Notes: generated by a model from the letters alone, not told the origin. Positions 26,408 to 40,998 are shown, counted from the first letter of the stretch. The stretch is DNA of 64,000 bases from Cenococcum geophilum (GCA_050273025.1 CP158635.1:7688001-7752000); one strand, 5' to 3'. Program-made: numbers and translations.

Positions 26408-27225
26408 ATAGCTTATGGTCCTTCTACGCGTCCCTAGACCGGCGGCAGTGTCGTTAATCTCCCGGTAACGCCCCAGACAGCGTCTATTACTCCTGCGGCA
26501 GTTTCCCTAAAATGCTATTGTCACTACGTTTATACTCTTATATAGGATCCTTCCTACGTCTATAAGATGCCTCGCTCTAGCAAAAATAAATCTAAGTGCT
26601 CCTATTATCGCAGTAGGAGAAAGACCTACGTTCTGGTATTTCCCATTCCGTTCTATTCTAGATTTCGCTAATTATACTAAATCCCTACTGTCTATATATA
26701 TAAGACTTGTAGGCTCTAACGCGCTATCTAAGATTTTTACTAATATCCTAATAGTAACAGGCAGGGATAGAAGGTGTCTTCCCTTACTTATAGACTCTTT
26801 AATTCTATAAGGGTTTCTACTACTATAAAGACGTAACGTTCTTAGATATATAGTGTCTAAAAGCGCATATATAAACAGCTCGTTCTTATTAATGATAACA
26901 TTCATACTCTTACGCGGGCTATTCTGGCTAGGTAAGTTTCTCTAGTGACTTACTTAGGAACTGTGCTAATTCCTTTAGCTAATATCTTTTTAATCCCTGC
27001 TTAGACGCCGATTTGGAACCTAGGGATACTAAGGATAGTAACAAAGGTTAAGATAAACGTTCTCCTCGCTAGTCTCCCGCCTATGCTAGTCCTTCTGGTA
27101 CCCGTTATTCCAAAAAGAATATTAGTGGAAGTGCTAATACTTCTAGGGATAGAGGAGCTAATAATACCATTAATAATAACGTTAAGATGGAAGAGGAGGC
27201 TCCTATTACTACTACTAGTGTTTAA
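26408..27225 (+). pseudogene. Antisense three-exon accessory gene with a six-Cys cluster inside the Gypsy
   Basis: exons ~26408-26635, 26681-26931, 26979-27225 stay in frame after de-RIP; intron 2 GTAAGT...GCTAAT...TAG; CxxC-x11-C-x10-CxxC-x6-C. Confidence 0.65.
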
Positions 27226-27699
27226 GTTATTACCTAGCTCTTTTCTTCTTTTTATAGAATAGCTTTATATAGTGCCTCTCAGGTGCCTCTAGGATACCCT
27301 ATTATTAGGAATTAACTTTATACTTTAGGGATGCCTTTATTCTAAGCTTTAGTGACAATCTATATAAACCCAGTGCACTACTATAATCCCCATATATAAT
27401 AAACGGGTGGTATTCCTATAGGTGCCTTATAATTCCTTAAAATTTCTAATTCTTTATAGGCTGTTTTTTTACTCCTTTTTATACCATTAACTCTACTGCG
27501 TATCTCTAGTGCCAGGCCAAATACTCTCCTTTTATCCCTAGGGGATCTTTCTAAATCCCTAAGGCTACTTCTTATAGTGCTACTACTCCTTTTTGGACAG
27601 CGTCTTCTTTAAATAGTATCCCTAGTGGTTCTCCTATGGATCCCTATAGGCTTCCTCTTATAGGATTTTAGGATCCCTGTTATAATAGCGAAACGTTTC

Positions 27700-30600
27700 C
27701 GTTCTTAATGCCTATACTTAATCCTATAGTTTTAATTTACGGGGTCTTCCCTATTACTTTACCTGTGGTATATCCGGAACCATTTTTAAGTCTTTACCTT
27801 TAGTTCTTAGGAAGGTTTTAATTATGGTATTATATCCTAGCTAAAGGTACTCCTTAGGTTCCCAACTGTTATATGCCTAGGAGTATCCTTCCTAATAACC
27901 TAAAAATTCGCGCTTCTTCTAGCGCCATCTTTGGTCTAAAATATCTTCTATATTCTATTCTAGTTCCCTATTAATTTCGCTAGGTAGGGGCGGTTCCGCA
28001 CCATTTCTTCTCTTATATAGCTCTAGTAAGGAAATATAAAATATGGGATATATTAGATAAGATTTTAGTAATTCCAATTTATAGGCTTAGTTTCCTTTAG
28101 TTTTCTTAACTATCTTAAAGGGTCCGAGCTACTGGTGATCTAGCTTCTTCTTAATGCGTTTTATTTAGATATTTTTTATAAATAGTAAGACTTCGTCTCC
28201 TATCTCGAATTCTTTTAGCATATGTTTTTTGTTATAGTATCTTTTTTATATAGCCTAGGCGTTTAGCAAGTACTTTTTAAGTTCCTCTCTACGAATTCTT
28301 ATTTGCTTAATTCTTTTAAATACTACTAGTGCCTTTCTTTTAGGAACAATATCCTTAATGTTTTAGGGGTTATTTACTTTTACCCCAAATAATGCTTTAT
28401 AAGGGGTTATTTTTGTGCTGCTATAGATGCTTATGTTATACACATGCTACATTAGAGCTAACCACAATATCCAATTATCCTGTTAATAATTAATATAGTA
28501 GCGGAGGTAGTGTTCTAACAACACATTTAGACGCTTTGTTTGCCTATTTGTTTACGGGTAAAAGGCAGTGCTTATCCTTCGCCGTATTTTTAATAAGAGA
28601 CAGAATAAAGACCAGAATATACTATTAAATACGGTACCTCTATTAGATATAATTCCCCTTAGCGTACTAAACAAGAGCCACTGTTCTAAAAATAGGTCTA
28701 TCAGTTTTGCTACTGTGATTATTGTTATAACAGCAAAGTATCCTAAAAACTTTGTATACCTATTGATGATTACTAAAATAGCGTTAGCAACCTCTCCAGT
28801 TCTTATCTTAGTAGGGGGTAAACCTATAATAAAATCCATTGTTAATTCTGACATGGGTCCCTACGGAATAGGAAGCACTAATAACTCGCCGTATAGGCGA
28901 TGCCTGGATATCTATATCCTTTAGCACATATTACACCTTAATATATAGTCCTTAACCTCTTTAGACATTTTATCCCAAAAGTATTTCCTTTAAACGGCCT
29001 TAAGGGTTCTATTGGCACCATAGTAACCCCTAAAAGGGTTGTTATAGAAGACCTTTAGAATTTCGTCCCAAATCGCTTAGTCCTTTAGAATATATGCAGC
29101 ACCCTTAAAGCGCAATAGACCCTTTTGGTCTTGCTACTATAGCTTCTTAGTAACTCCAGCTAAGTTAGTCTCTACTATATCTTTCCACCTCTCCCTAGAG
29201 GCGAAGGCGTCCCTTTATTAAGCTTAAAGAAGAAAATCCGGAAAGGTTTTATACAGATTACTTACTTCTATTTCGCCTGCCGCTATTATAGACTTAAGGC
29301 GTGGTACAAGACGTTTTAAACTATTAGTGCCAGTAGATTCTCCTGCTATTATATAGTATACCATGCTGCAAATAGGCATTTTACCTATCCCCCTTAGATC
29401 TAAAAACTCGCAGCTAATATACCGTTAAGTTAAAGGTGCCGTAATACCTCTAGCATATCCTATAGAATTCTCGCTAATTCTAGGATACGCTAACTTTATA
29501 ACGTCTACTTAGTCTATAACCTAGTCTATAACTATATCCTACGGCTCTATAATTGTGTCGCTTTGCAGCTGCATTACTAGGACCTCTACCCTACCGCAAA
29601 ATTCTATAGTTCTAAGGAAAGAGTCTTCTTTCTTCCTAAGCAAATTTTGTAATATGGGGATTATTTCCCCTATGCTATCCTAGATCCTCCCTATCTTATA
29701 ATCCGGACGTCTTAATAACCTATCGGCAGGATTTGTCTTCCCTAGGCGGTACATAATTTTAAAGTTGTACTGTAATAGTGCCTCTACCTATCTTACTTAT
29801 TAACCGCTTAATACCTTTATAGTTATAAAGTATTTTAGGTTATTATAGTCTATAAGGACTTTAATAGGATAATTGCTTCCTATATTATAATGTCGCTAGT
29901 GCTTTATTACTGCGATTATCGCGAGCAGCTCCTAGTTGTGTATTATATAATACTGCTTTATAGGGGTTATTTTCCTTAACCAAAACGCCACAGGATGCTA
30001 TTTTCCGTCTTTTAATTAAGATATAATTGCCCCTAGGGTAAAGCCGGATGCATCCGTTTTAAGATATATATATAGCTCCCAGCAGAAGTATATTAGGATA
30101 GGCGCCAATATAAATAAATCCTTTAACCGGTCTATAGCCTACTTAGTAGCTTCCCTAAATATAAAGGGTCCTAACTTCTTGCCATTCTTAGATCCTTTTA
30201 GTAGATTAGTAATTAGAAGTATTACTTATAAGTAGTAAATAATAAACGTTTAGTAGAAGTTCGCCGTGCCTAGGAAAACCTATACTTCTCTAAATGTCGT
30301 AGGGTAGGGCTATTCCCTAATAGCGTCCACCCGACTTTTCTCTATTAATACTCCGTTAACGCTAATAATAAAGCCCAAAAAATTAATACTAGTAGCATAG
30401 AACGTGTACTTTTTTAGGTTTATATAGAGCTTATATTCCCGCAGTCTTTCTAGTATTATTTATACGTGGTACGTATACGCTTTATAGTTATTAGAGTAAA
30501 CTATAATATTATTAAGGTAGACTATATATATTATATCTAACAGGCCTAATAATGCCTTATTAATATAGGCCTAAAATATCGCTAGTGCGTTGGTAAGCCT

Positions 30601-31650
30601 AAATAGCATCACTAGGTACTTAAAGTGGCCGTACCATATTTAAAACGCCGTTTTCCACTTATTGCCGGCTTTAATCCGGATTTAATAGTATACATCTTTT
30701 AGATCTAATTTTATAAATATCTTCGCGCCTAATAGCCTATTAATAAGCTCCCCTATTAAGGGTAACGGGTAGCAATTCTTTATAGTAATCTTATTTAGCG
30801 CCTAATAGTCGACACAGAGGTAAAGGGTCCTATCCTTCTTGGGTATAAATATAATCGGTGCCCCTGCCGGGCTTATAGAGGGCCAAATCCATTCTCTCTA
30901 AAAATTATCTACTATATATTAATATAGTACCGCTAGCTTATTTTCTAATAGGTTATATAGTGGTCTAAAAGGAGGTTATTTATTCCCTATATCTATCTCG
31001 TGCTTAACCAATATAGGGTTAGGTAAGGTTTATGCAGCCTCTTTACTAGAAATATCCTCTAAGTTTGTATATTTCTATGGAATCTCTAGTTTCTTAACTG
31101 CGTATAGCCAGATATCTGAAAATAAATATCCCGTGTCCCCGTTCTTGGTATTAAGAGTAGTATATATAGCATATACCCACCCTTCTTCTTATATATAGTT
31201 TAAGAAAGTCTTTTAATCTTCAACTATAATGCGCGGTTAAGACTTCCAATGTTAATACAAGGCCAAAGGCTAATTAATGTCCGGATTAACTTAGTAAAGC
31301 TATAGGTATCCTAAAATAAGGTTATACCCCTTAATTTCTACGGCATAGAAGCGCATCTCCTATATATCCCATAGACCACCGCAGTCCTAGCTGGCCATAG
31401 AAAAAGCCTATTCCCCATAGTATGGAATCTAGTGGCCTCTAATACTTTAAATAGTGCGTACCTATAAGCCGCTAAGGTCCAAATCTAATTCTTTTACTAG
31501 TAATTAAGAAATAAACCCTATACTTGCGCCACTATCTATAAGGCAGTCTCGCGTTACCTATTTATTATTAACTTAAATAGAGACAGGAATAACCATACGG
31601 CAGTTTACTCCCTCCTTCTCTTACTAGCCTAGTATAAGGGAGTAAAGATC
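27700..31650 (-). pseudogene. pol: Gypsy pol (protease, RT, RNase H, integrase, chromodomain)
   Basis: LIDSGASIGFIS (~31520); [13 protein letters not shown] (~30750); MLFRLTNALAIF; TDASGFTLGA (~30050); MDFIIGLP and INRYTK (ORF 28552-28854); chromodomain VEDILDQR...WEGY...SWEP (~27850-27960). Confidence 0.95.
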
Positions 31651-32800
31651 CACTAGGCTATCTCTTTTCCCGATTAGGCCAACTCTTACTTCTTCTACTA
31701 GTAAAAGCGGCTTATATGGCCCTTCTTACCGTAGTTATAATAGGTGCGTGTCTCCTAGTTCCCCTCCTACAGATTAGGTCTCTGCCTATTATTATTTTAG
31801 GGTTAACTAGCGTTACTCTAGGGCTGCGAGGCCTACTCGCGTTGTCCTTCTATAGAGCGGTTAGGTCGGAATCTGCCCCTATTATTAAAGCTAGGTCTAG
31901 TCCTACGCTCTTTATTATTAGCGTCTCGTTCCTTTTACTTACCTAAATAGTCTCTTTTAGCGCTCTTGATCCAAATAGCTTTAGAGATAAGCTTTTCTTA
32001 AGAGGTAGGAATTTTGCCCTTCTCTTATATAGCCTATTAAATCTTAGGTTATAGCTTAGCGAGTAGCTGGTGAAGTTATATAGCGTCATCCCATAGATCC
32101 GAGTAGGGTATATTATCTTCTAGTTCTTCTAAGTAGTTTACAAACTGGACTATAGTCTAACCATCCCGCTATTTGGCGTCGTAGTATCGCTAGTTATAGT
32201 CCATCCCTTAATTAGTAGGGTCTTAGACCTAATTAACTAACTAGGTCCTAAGTTCGCTAAATTTAAGGGGTGTAGTAAGTTTCTTCTTGTAGTATATCTA
32301 TAAACTCTTAATAGTGCTATATAGGAAGGTAGAAGCAATTAGTGTCTAATTATACTCGTTAGAGTAACGTTTCGGATCTAGCCAAAACTTAGTTTTATAT
32401 TATTGGATAAAACGATTATAGTTCCGAAGACTATTACTATAGTACTTATTAGGTTCCTTTATACGGAACCTAGGTTTTTCTAACGTTATAGCATAGTATA
32501 GCGTTACCCCTTTAAGTCCGCTTCGTATCTAGGGTGTCTATACTTCCCCTAATTATCCTTATAATTGTTCTTAGTAGTCTTAATATGCTTATCTTAATTA
32601 TATCTTTAACTCCTTTGTTTTTTGTAAGGTCTCGTATAGCGACCGCTCTAATGACTCCCTAGCGGTAATTATTCCTAAGGGTCTCGCAAGGTTAGACGGA
32701 CTAGCCGTGGCTTCTTTATAGGAAGAGGGAATGCGCTCCTCTGGAAAGACTCTTTAAGCCTCTTATAGTAAGGGCGTTGCTTTATGGGGTATAGGAGTAT
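31650..32800 (-). pseudogene. gag: Gypsy gag
   Basis: position between 5' LTR and protease; degenerate CCHC knuckle near 31700-31750. Confidence 0.7.
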
Positions 32801-35800
32801 AGTTTATTATTGTTAATTAATAGCCGTACGTTCCTAACGGATTATAAGTAATTAGAATTGTAAGAGGCTAGCTTAACCGGAATGTATAATTATCTAATTA
32901 ACAGTATTACTGGTAAGTAGAAGGTAAGTTAAAGGTAAGTCGAAGGTAAGTTAAAGGTAGAATAAGTTTTACGTATTAAAGGACAAATGCTTCTAACTAC
33001 TTCTATTTAGAGACTAATTACTAGTTCTTCTCTAGAGGGAAACCAGCTTCCTATATGTTTCTTCTAAGACGCTAGTAAAACCTTTCGCCCCTAACGTGTC
33101 TAACTGTGTCTTCTGGAACATAGATGGGACATAGATGAAACCTCCTACCGTCTTATCGGATATGTACCCCTCGGGGGATTCCGTTACATAGTAGTAGTTT
33201 TAGTGTTCTTATCCGTGCTTTACTTATACGCTAGGACCCCTTTTACTAAGGCCTCTATCGCAGAATAAAGGGGGTAATAAGGGGAATAAGTCTAACTCTA
33301 GCTCGCTAGGTAGGCAGAATTAGGTCTTAGGAGTTAGGAAAACGATAGTTTTTGATGGTAAGATGGGTATGCGTAAGTTTGGAAGTGCGGCGCCACCTTT
33401 TAGTAAGGTTGCATGTGCGGTAAAGGTTTACTTCTTTACTCTCTTTCCTAGCTATAATTAATATTATAAGTAAACAGATGTTCTCTAGAACCTTTTAAGG
33501 CGATAAGGTGCTTATAATCTATAATAATTTAAAGATTTATTTAGCTGCTTTTAAAAAACAAAGTTAAGGTTATAATAGTAGGGGTTAGTATATTTAACCA
33601 GATAAATAGGGATATAAGCTTTATATTATAGCCAATTATCTCTAATAAATTCGCTAACGGTTTGGATAGAAACTAAAAATACCTTAATCTTCTAACGCGC
33701 GCGCGTATTATTTTTATATCTAAGACCCTATAACTACTAATAAATAGAGCAATTTGTGGGTAGAAATATCCAATTGCCTACTTAGCATATTTAAGATAAG
33801 TTATATCCTTATAAGATAGTAAATTAGTTAAGCTAATAGGCCTAGGAGTTTACTATTTAATAATTAATAACTAAAAATTAAACCATATTCTCTCTAATGT
33901 ATTATTTATCTATACTACTAATACGGAGTAGGTAGTGCCCGTAAATCCTATATACCTTAGTGCTTATCTTTAAGTACATATTAAGATAAAGCGTACCACA
34001 ACTGCTCTACTTCTCTATCATCGATTTAGATAAGGATTATACGCTTTTATTACTAGGATCTTATTAGAGTTAATAGGTATAATTATAGATAAGCTAATAT
34101 AAATTCCTAAGGCAATAGAATTTCAATAGTAGAACCATAAGTTAATATATTAGGAAGAGCAATATACTAAACTAACATATGCTATTAACGCAGTCAAAGT
34201 AGCTACAATTTATTAAAAAGCCTTTATTGGCTAATTAGAAACTCGTATAGTTTAAATAGATAGGGACTTGTTTTTACACTAGGAGATAAAAAGAAATTAG
34301 AATAAACGCTTGCTAATAATTCTCTTATCCAAATTTCTAAAACTTCGCAAGACTAAATTTAACCTGCTTATACTAAACGCTTTCGATTTTATCTTATTCG
34401 CTAGCTAGTATTTAAAGACGCTTTCTAATATATACCTTGGCCAAATTATTTTAGAGAATCCATATTAAGATCCTAGTATATCAGTAGAACTAGGTTAAAT
34501 ACTACGAAATTATCAATGGTGCTAAGGTTATTTAATACCTTATTACGTAGTAATAACTTTACTACCCTATCCACTACCTTATTTTGCCTACTACTGTCCT
34601 AGTTAATAACTACACTTAGAGAGAAATTTGTCACTACTATGGGTTAATAATGCTTCTTTAAAGTTAAAGGGCTTAGTACTAACCTGTAAGAGTGGAGTAT
34701 ATAAAAGTTACTTTCTAGCGCCGTGTCGGGAGTAGTGTATTAACGATTAAATTAACTATTTAAGCCATAACACGCTAACAATAAGGCTGGCCTATAGGTA
34801 AATTTAATAAGTTTAAATTAAGCAGAGGGGATAAATAAGCACTTAGATTAGCTAAATTAACTAAATATATACAGGCCGCTATAAAACGTATAAACCATAC
34901 TAGCTTCTTAATTTCCTTCTTTAACTAATACGCTTAGATAAAAAGTAAATCCCCGTATTCTCTTGCTACTATCTTTCTTAGTATATCTTTAAGCATCGTT
35001 ACTAGGTTTGTATTTATGAATATCTTTTAGATTCCTTAGTAGACCTTTTCTATAAATATATTAATCTAAGCCTTATTACCTTCTAAGATATCTAGGTATA
35101 ACTATATCTCTAGAACCCCGACAGCCCTTTCTTAGATCCTCTATGCCCGCTTCTAAAACACTAATAGAGAATAATTTCCCCCAAATATTTAGTTTTTTTT
35201 TTATAACAGTGTCCTAATCGTATTCGTTGTTGTGAGTTTGCTAATATATAAACTAACTTTCGTTATTTAAACGTCTGCGCTTTCTCAGTTTCGAGAAGGA
35301 GTAGGCATTAGCATTAGTATAGGGTTTAGGTGCCCTAGCACTTAGGTTTAACAGATAAGATTACTAGCATTTGCTTTGCGTACTAATGCTTAAGAAACCC
35401 TGCGTAGAATATAGCTCCGGCTATAAACTATCCCTAAAATATCGCTTGTAGAAACTCTTAATAGGCTTAGGCTGCCCCTAAGGTAGCCTAACTATTATAT
35501 AATAACACAATTCTAAAAGCGGAGAACTTGTAAGATTGCAGCTGTGTGAAAAATCCTAACTATAGTAAAAGTTCCTAAGTAAGTAACTATGGGCAGCTTC
35601 GTAGACTTACTCTCTTATAATAGTTAAGTCTGTATATTGGCAATAGATAATGTAGTTATAATATAAACTTAGGAATTTCTGCCTAGGGAAATGTGGTAGT
35701 TTAAATAGCGCGGCCACTATTTTAATAGTAACGTAATGCTAGCTAAAAGCAATTTGTAAAGGATCCGACCGAACACCTTCGTTAAGAGGCAATATTTGTC

Positions 35801-36129
35801 ACGAAGCTCGTATTAAGCTGTTTATTGATAAAATGGGTTGATTGATTGATGGTGTCTTGATTTGACCTTGGACCTAGGGCCCTCGGGCTAAGATAAAGAG
35901 GTTTACAATGCACGTGACTCGTGCACGGTCTACGCCTTTAGAGAATACAGGTTATCTAACACACCCCCTTAGCTTTAAGCTCTTTAAGGTTAAAGCTAAC
36001 TACCTTTCTACCAAATTCTGCCAACTAATTAGGATTTTCTATGCCCGGCATGGAAAATCGCTATTAGCTCGCTTACGGCTAGCGCCTTAGTGACCCTTCT
36101 TGTGCTTGTTAATACGTTAATTAAACCGT

Positions 36130-39100
36130 AATCTTATCTAAATCCTTTTGTCTTGCTCTAATACTATCCCTGAGGTCCTCTAGTTGCTTCTCCTTATTTA
36201 GCCACTCCTTAATATCCACTATTCCGATTATATTAACGAAGCTTTAAAACCTCTGCTTGGGTAGGGCCTTTATAAGTCCATTGGCGATTATCTCCTTTAT
36301 CACTGTCCATTAAAATTATACTTGTCTTATTGCGTATTCCTAACGTAGCTAGTGTTAATGGATGTTAACGTATTAGAGCTTTGTAATTAGCTTTACCGTG
36401 TCTTCTATAATTAGTTAAAGTGTCTAGGTGTTGTTGTATTTAATAATTAAGGACTTATTTAGGCGTAGCGTTATTGCTTTAAATAGCCTACTAATAAAGA
36501 TAGCTTCCTTTGCTGTCTGTAATAGGGCTAATAACTCGGCTTCTGTGCTTGACGTTATAACTATACCCTGCTTATTTACTCTCTAGGCAATTGGCCCCCT
36601 AAATAGCTTTATAATGTATCCTTATAAGCTCTTTCTGTTAACGGAATTGTCCGCGAATAATGCGTCGCTGGTATAGATAAATAATTGCGCACCGTCTCTT
36701 CCGTTGTCTCGTCCTTTGTCGCGTATTCCTTTATCTTTCCCTCTACCATTCGTTCCTTCCTTATCTCCTCTATAGCAGATTGCTCTGCTTCTTGTGCTAT
36801 ACAGGTACTAGATAACTCTTTCTGCCGCTTAATAATGCTCTTGGCTTAGGTTCTAATTGAACCTTACTAGCTGTAATACTGCGAAGGCAATATCCGGACG
36901 CGTTGTAGTGGCTGTATAGAGTATTAAACCCAATTTTCTTTGATATAGTATTGTAGAGGCTGGTAGGGATATAGGACGGACTAATAGGTCTGTATTGGGG
37001 GACGGAGGCGTTAGACGGATTATATGGTGATCGGTAGGGAGGAGTTCTGATTCTGCCATAGGAGTGTCTGGAAGACGCCCTCTGAGATCTATCTTATACT
37101 AATTAGCTATCTTCTCTATATAGGCTTCCTGGGATAGCCATAGGAGCCTCTGGCTATAATTGCGTAGTATATAGATTCCTAGGAACCATTTTAGCTTGCT
37201 AAGGGTACTTATCTAGTATTCCTTGCTCAGCTCCTTAATTGCTTTTTAAGCTTTTTTCTTATCTGTCTTTTAGTAGCAGAAGACAATATTATTAACGTAG
37301 AAGAAGACGACTATTTTACCTTTTAGCATAACACACGGCTTTTAAGGTACCTCTTTAAAACCCAATTCGTTTAATAAGCTTGTGAGATTCTTCTGCTATA
37401 ATAGTGGTGATCGTTGTAGTCCGTATAGGGCTTTTCTTAAGCGCAGTACTTTGTCTGTTTTTCCTTTATTGAACCCTAGCGGTGGCTTTATGTAGATAAT
37501 CTTGTTAAGATTGTAATGGATAAACGCATTAACTGTATCTATCTGTGTCATCTCCAGGTTGAATTTTGCGGTGATCGCTATAAGGGTTTGGAAGGTTATA
37601 CTAGCTAATGTAGTAGCTCTTATAGGTAGGTCTCCTGGGGCCTGTTGATTTCCGCAAACTACTAAGCGTGCCTTATATTTCTGGAGAAATTTGTGCTTAT
37701 TTGTCTTGTAGACGAACACCTATATTAAGCTAAGGACCTGCTGTCCCTTTATATGCTTCTTATCTGTTTCTTAAAACAACCTTATTTAATAATGAGATTA
37801 GAGATAAGCTCGCTGAGCTTTTTGGAACTAATCTTAAAAAGGATGCGTATTAAGGTCGCGGATTGACTAAGGTGGCGGAGGTAAGTTCTTCCTATATAAT
37901 CTAATATTACGTATTCTGCCTGATTTTAGCTTGCTATTGTTAAGTTGACTATTAAGGTTAAACTTTCTTCCTGCTAAGAAGGCGCCGTGATAGGCTAAAG
38001 TGATCCTTTTGGTAATAAAGTTTTTGAACCTATAATCGCCGGCTTCCTTAAATGAGTCTTTAACTAAGTTATTAAGTACCCCCTGAGTGTTAAATGCATC
38101 TCCTGCTTGATAAGCGATGTCTTGATTAGTATTTTGTATATCTAACTTTATAGGATACTTAACGTAAAAGGCATATGGAGATTCTTTGTCTTCTTCCGTT
38201 GGAGGTGGCGTATAATATGCATCTTTAAGAGCTCTTGCAAGCTTAAAATCTACTAACTTATTAAAGGCTTGAACTGGCTTATTAACATTATTATCTTTCT
38301 CTTAAATTAACGGTTTAAATACTTCTTTATTATCTTCTAGAAGAACCTTATTCTTAGTTAGGCTATTAGGAAGTTAAATTTTCTTAATTAGCGTTTCTAA
38401 TTCGGCGTGTAGATCCTTTAAGATGTCCGTTTGCTTACCGTTAAAGAACGTCTTTTTGTTAAAGATGACGTCCCTAGTAGAGATGACGATACCTTTATAG
38501 GGGATCCAGATCCTGTAGATATTGGTAGAGTTATAGCCAACGAGGTAGCTGATATGGGCTCGCGGATCTAGCTTGCTTAGCCTTTTCTTCTTTAGCTGGG
38601 CGTCCGACGTTATTGCGTACGCTCTATAGCCGTAGGCTTTTAGGTACGCTAGTTGCGGTTTTCTTAATCTTCTATTCGCTAGGTAGGTATGAAACCTCTT
38701 ATATAGCGATTTCCATCTATTGCTTTCTCGTGGCGTTCGATCTTAAAGGTATACTATATAGTTCACTATCTCGTTCCATAGATTATGTGGTAGATTGGCA
38801 GTAATTCTTATGGCACGTCCTTTCTTAATAATAATACCCCCTAAGCGTTTGGCGGTACCGTTTTATGCTTGCGTATATGGCGCTAAAGGCTTAAATGTAA
38901 TCCCTTGCGTCCGTAGCCATTTAAGGGTTCTTCTTCTCCCTAGCTCGTTGTCTAATCTAATAGTGTTAACTTTAAGGTTATACCTCAGACGAATCTATTA
39001 GGTGAAATCTTTAAGCACTTATAGTGTCTCCTTCTTCTTGCTATACGTTGTTATAAAATACAAGAAGGTTCTTCCTAAGAAGGTATTATGGATGAATATA

Positions 39101-40998
39101 ACTCGTATAAATCCAGTATACGCTTCCTTAAGGTTAGTCTAGTTAATATAGAGGTTAAGATAGGGTTTATTAATTTTCTGTTCTAAGAACCTTCGTAAGA
39201 CCTAATGCTTAATTTTAGCGAGACTGTAGTGTTAATATTCCGTCGTCTTTGGGCCTTGAAGCTTAACTCCTAGGGCGTTAAGACCTAGATAATAAAGGCT
39301 TATAGGTCCTGGATAACCTAGACGCAGATATTATAGACGTGCATCTCCTTTTAAGTCTGGATGTGCGTCTCTTAACGATATCCGCTTCCGTTGACGGCGC
39401 GTTAGACGGCTAATATTGAATGCGGATTTTAAGTTTCCTAATTGGACGTATTTGATAGTCTATTATCTATGACGTTCTTCCATTTAATATAGGATTGTGT
39501 TATCCTTTTAAACGATAAGATTGTTGTCTCCTTTATTATTCTAGTAGTATCCTCGTTTTTAAAGTAGACGGAACAACACTAGATTTGTATTAAAGTCCGT
39601 ATAAAAGGCAACGTCCTTAAGACGTAGAATTCCTTTACTCTTGTTTAGTTTTGTGACTTAAATAGTAACGTCGCCGTAGCCTAGTATAGGCACTTGTGAG
39701 CTGCCGGCGATAACATATTTATGTCTTAAAGCTTTCTTAAAATTATAAAAATGAGAGAGGTTATTAAAGATATAAAGAGTGGTTCCTAAGTTAAGAATAG
39801 TTAATAGCTTTAATAGATGGAGTTAATTGGTGTAATATAATTCTAGGAATATTACATTAGCTTCTCCCTTAATCTTAACTTCCTGGCTCTTGTCCTATTA
39901 TTATTAAGCCTCGTCTTCTTATTCTTTAAGTTTAATCTTTATAACTTAGTTAGCGAGGTCCTTATTCTTTTCTACCTTCTTTAGTGCCTTTTTAATGCGA
40001 GCATCTCCTATTATAACTCCTATAGGTCTCTTATCTTTAAATAAACACTAATAGTCCTTAAGGGAGTGTCCTTATATTCCGCACGCTAAGTACTTAGGCG
40101 TTGGCTTCTTATAGGACGTCTCCTTATTTACTAATGTCCCGGCTCTCTTTAAGCGTCTATTGCGTGCTAAGGCTCCTCTTTATAAACCTTTAGTAGTATT
40201 AGAGTAATCCTTAATAGCTTACTCTATAAAGTCTGCATTAAAGGTACTCCCCTTTATAGTAGCATTGGCTTTCTTTAAGGGTCTTATGAGTCCTTCTTGT
40301 AGCTCCTTTACTACTCTGCGGTATTTGGAAGATCTCGACTTTTAAGGGTTATTTGACTTGGTAGTGTACTTCACATAGTAGGCGTTGCTGAAAGGTTAAA
40401 TAACGTCTACTAAATCTTAAAGCCAGATTCCTTCTGATATTTAAGGGATCTTATACTTCTCTCCTAGTACTATTATATGTTCCCATTAATCTAGCTATTG
40501 GTTTAATTTTAATAACTATTTAAACCCCTTAAGGGCTTCTATATACTAGTATTATACCTTCTTCCTAACAAACGACGAGGTAGGTTCTATATTCTCCTTT
40601 AACTAAGATAGCCATTCTTTGACGGTTAAAGAAGGGTTAAGTAGTAGCTTCTTCTAAATTAATACTGTGGACGTGATCTAGGTGCGTATCTATTGCAAAT
40701 ACTCTTCTTATTTTAGGAAGTACTTTATATCTTGGTTATAGTATCGTCTACTATTCTCGTACGCTCTCTATTAATTCGTCGAGAGCTGTATATATAAGGT
40801 TGCATTCTCATTAAAGTCTGTGACCTTTAGAAGAGGTGGTTTTTCAAATAGACCTTCTTAAGGTGCTTCTATGGCTGGGTCAATGTAGGCCCAAATTTGC
40901 TAATCTATAAGGGCTTGTAGTTGCCAGATCTATTACTCCCAGTCTTCTAGCTTATTAAGGATAATCATAGTTAACAAACTTAACGTTAGTGGAGTCAT
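36130..40998 (-). pseudogene. Copia gag-pol
   Basis: YKARLVVCGNQQ, RLRKALYGLQRSP, TRPDIAFAV (RT); LDPRAHISYLVGYNSTNIYRIW (integrase C-terminus); RIP stops. Confidence 0.95.

Larger units (their letters stand above)
25485..33188 (-). mobile_element. Ty3/Gypsy chromovirus, full length (7.7 kb), inserted in the LINE 5' UTR
   Basis: 330-bp LTRs at 25485-25814 and 32859-33188; TSD TAGTA; PPT AAAAGGGAAGG; gag-PR-RT-RH-IN-chromodomain order. Confidence 0.96.
19074..33427 (-). mobile_element. Tad1-like LINE, full length (~6.6 kb excluding the nested Gypsy)
   Basis: A-rich tail (T-run 19074-19093); 13-bp TSD TTACTTCTTTACT at 19061-19073 and 33428-33440; ORF1 and ORF2 remnants. Confidence 0.9.

Noticed and set aside
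26990..27230. env-like hydrophobic ORF on the Gypsy sense strand
   Set aside because: The hydrophobic reading is the shadow of the acidic plus-strand exon, which has splice signals and a consistent frame
28568..28924. Plus-strand 118-aa ORF (likewise 31716-31946 and 38613-39001)
   Set aside because: Antisense shadows of retrotransposon genes with no independent coding signal
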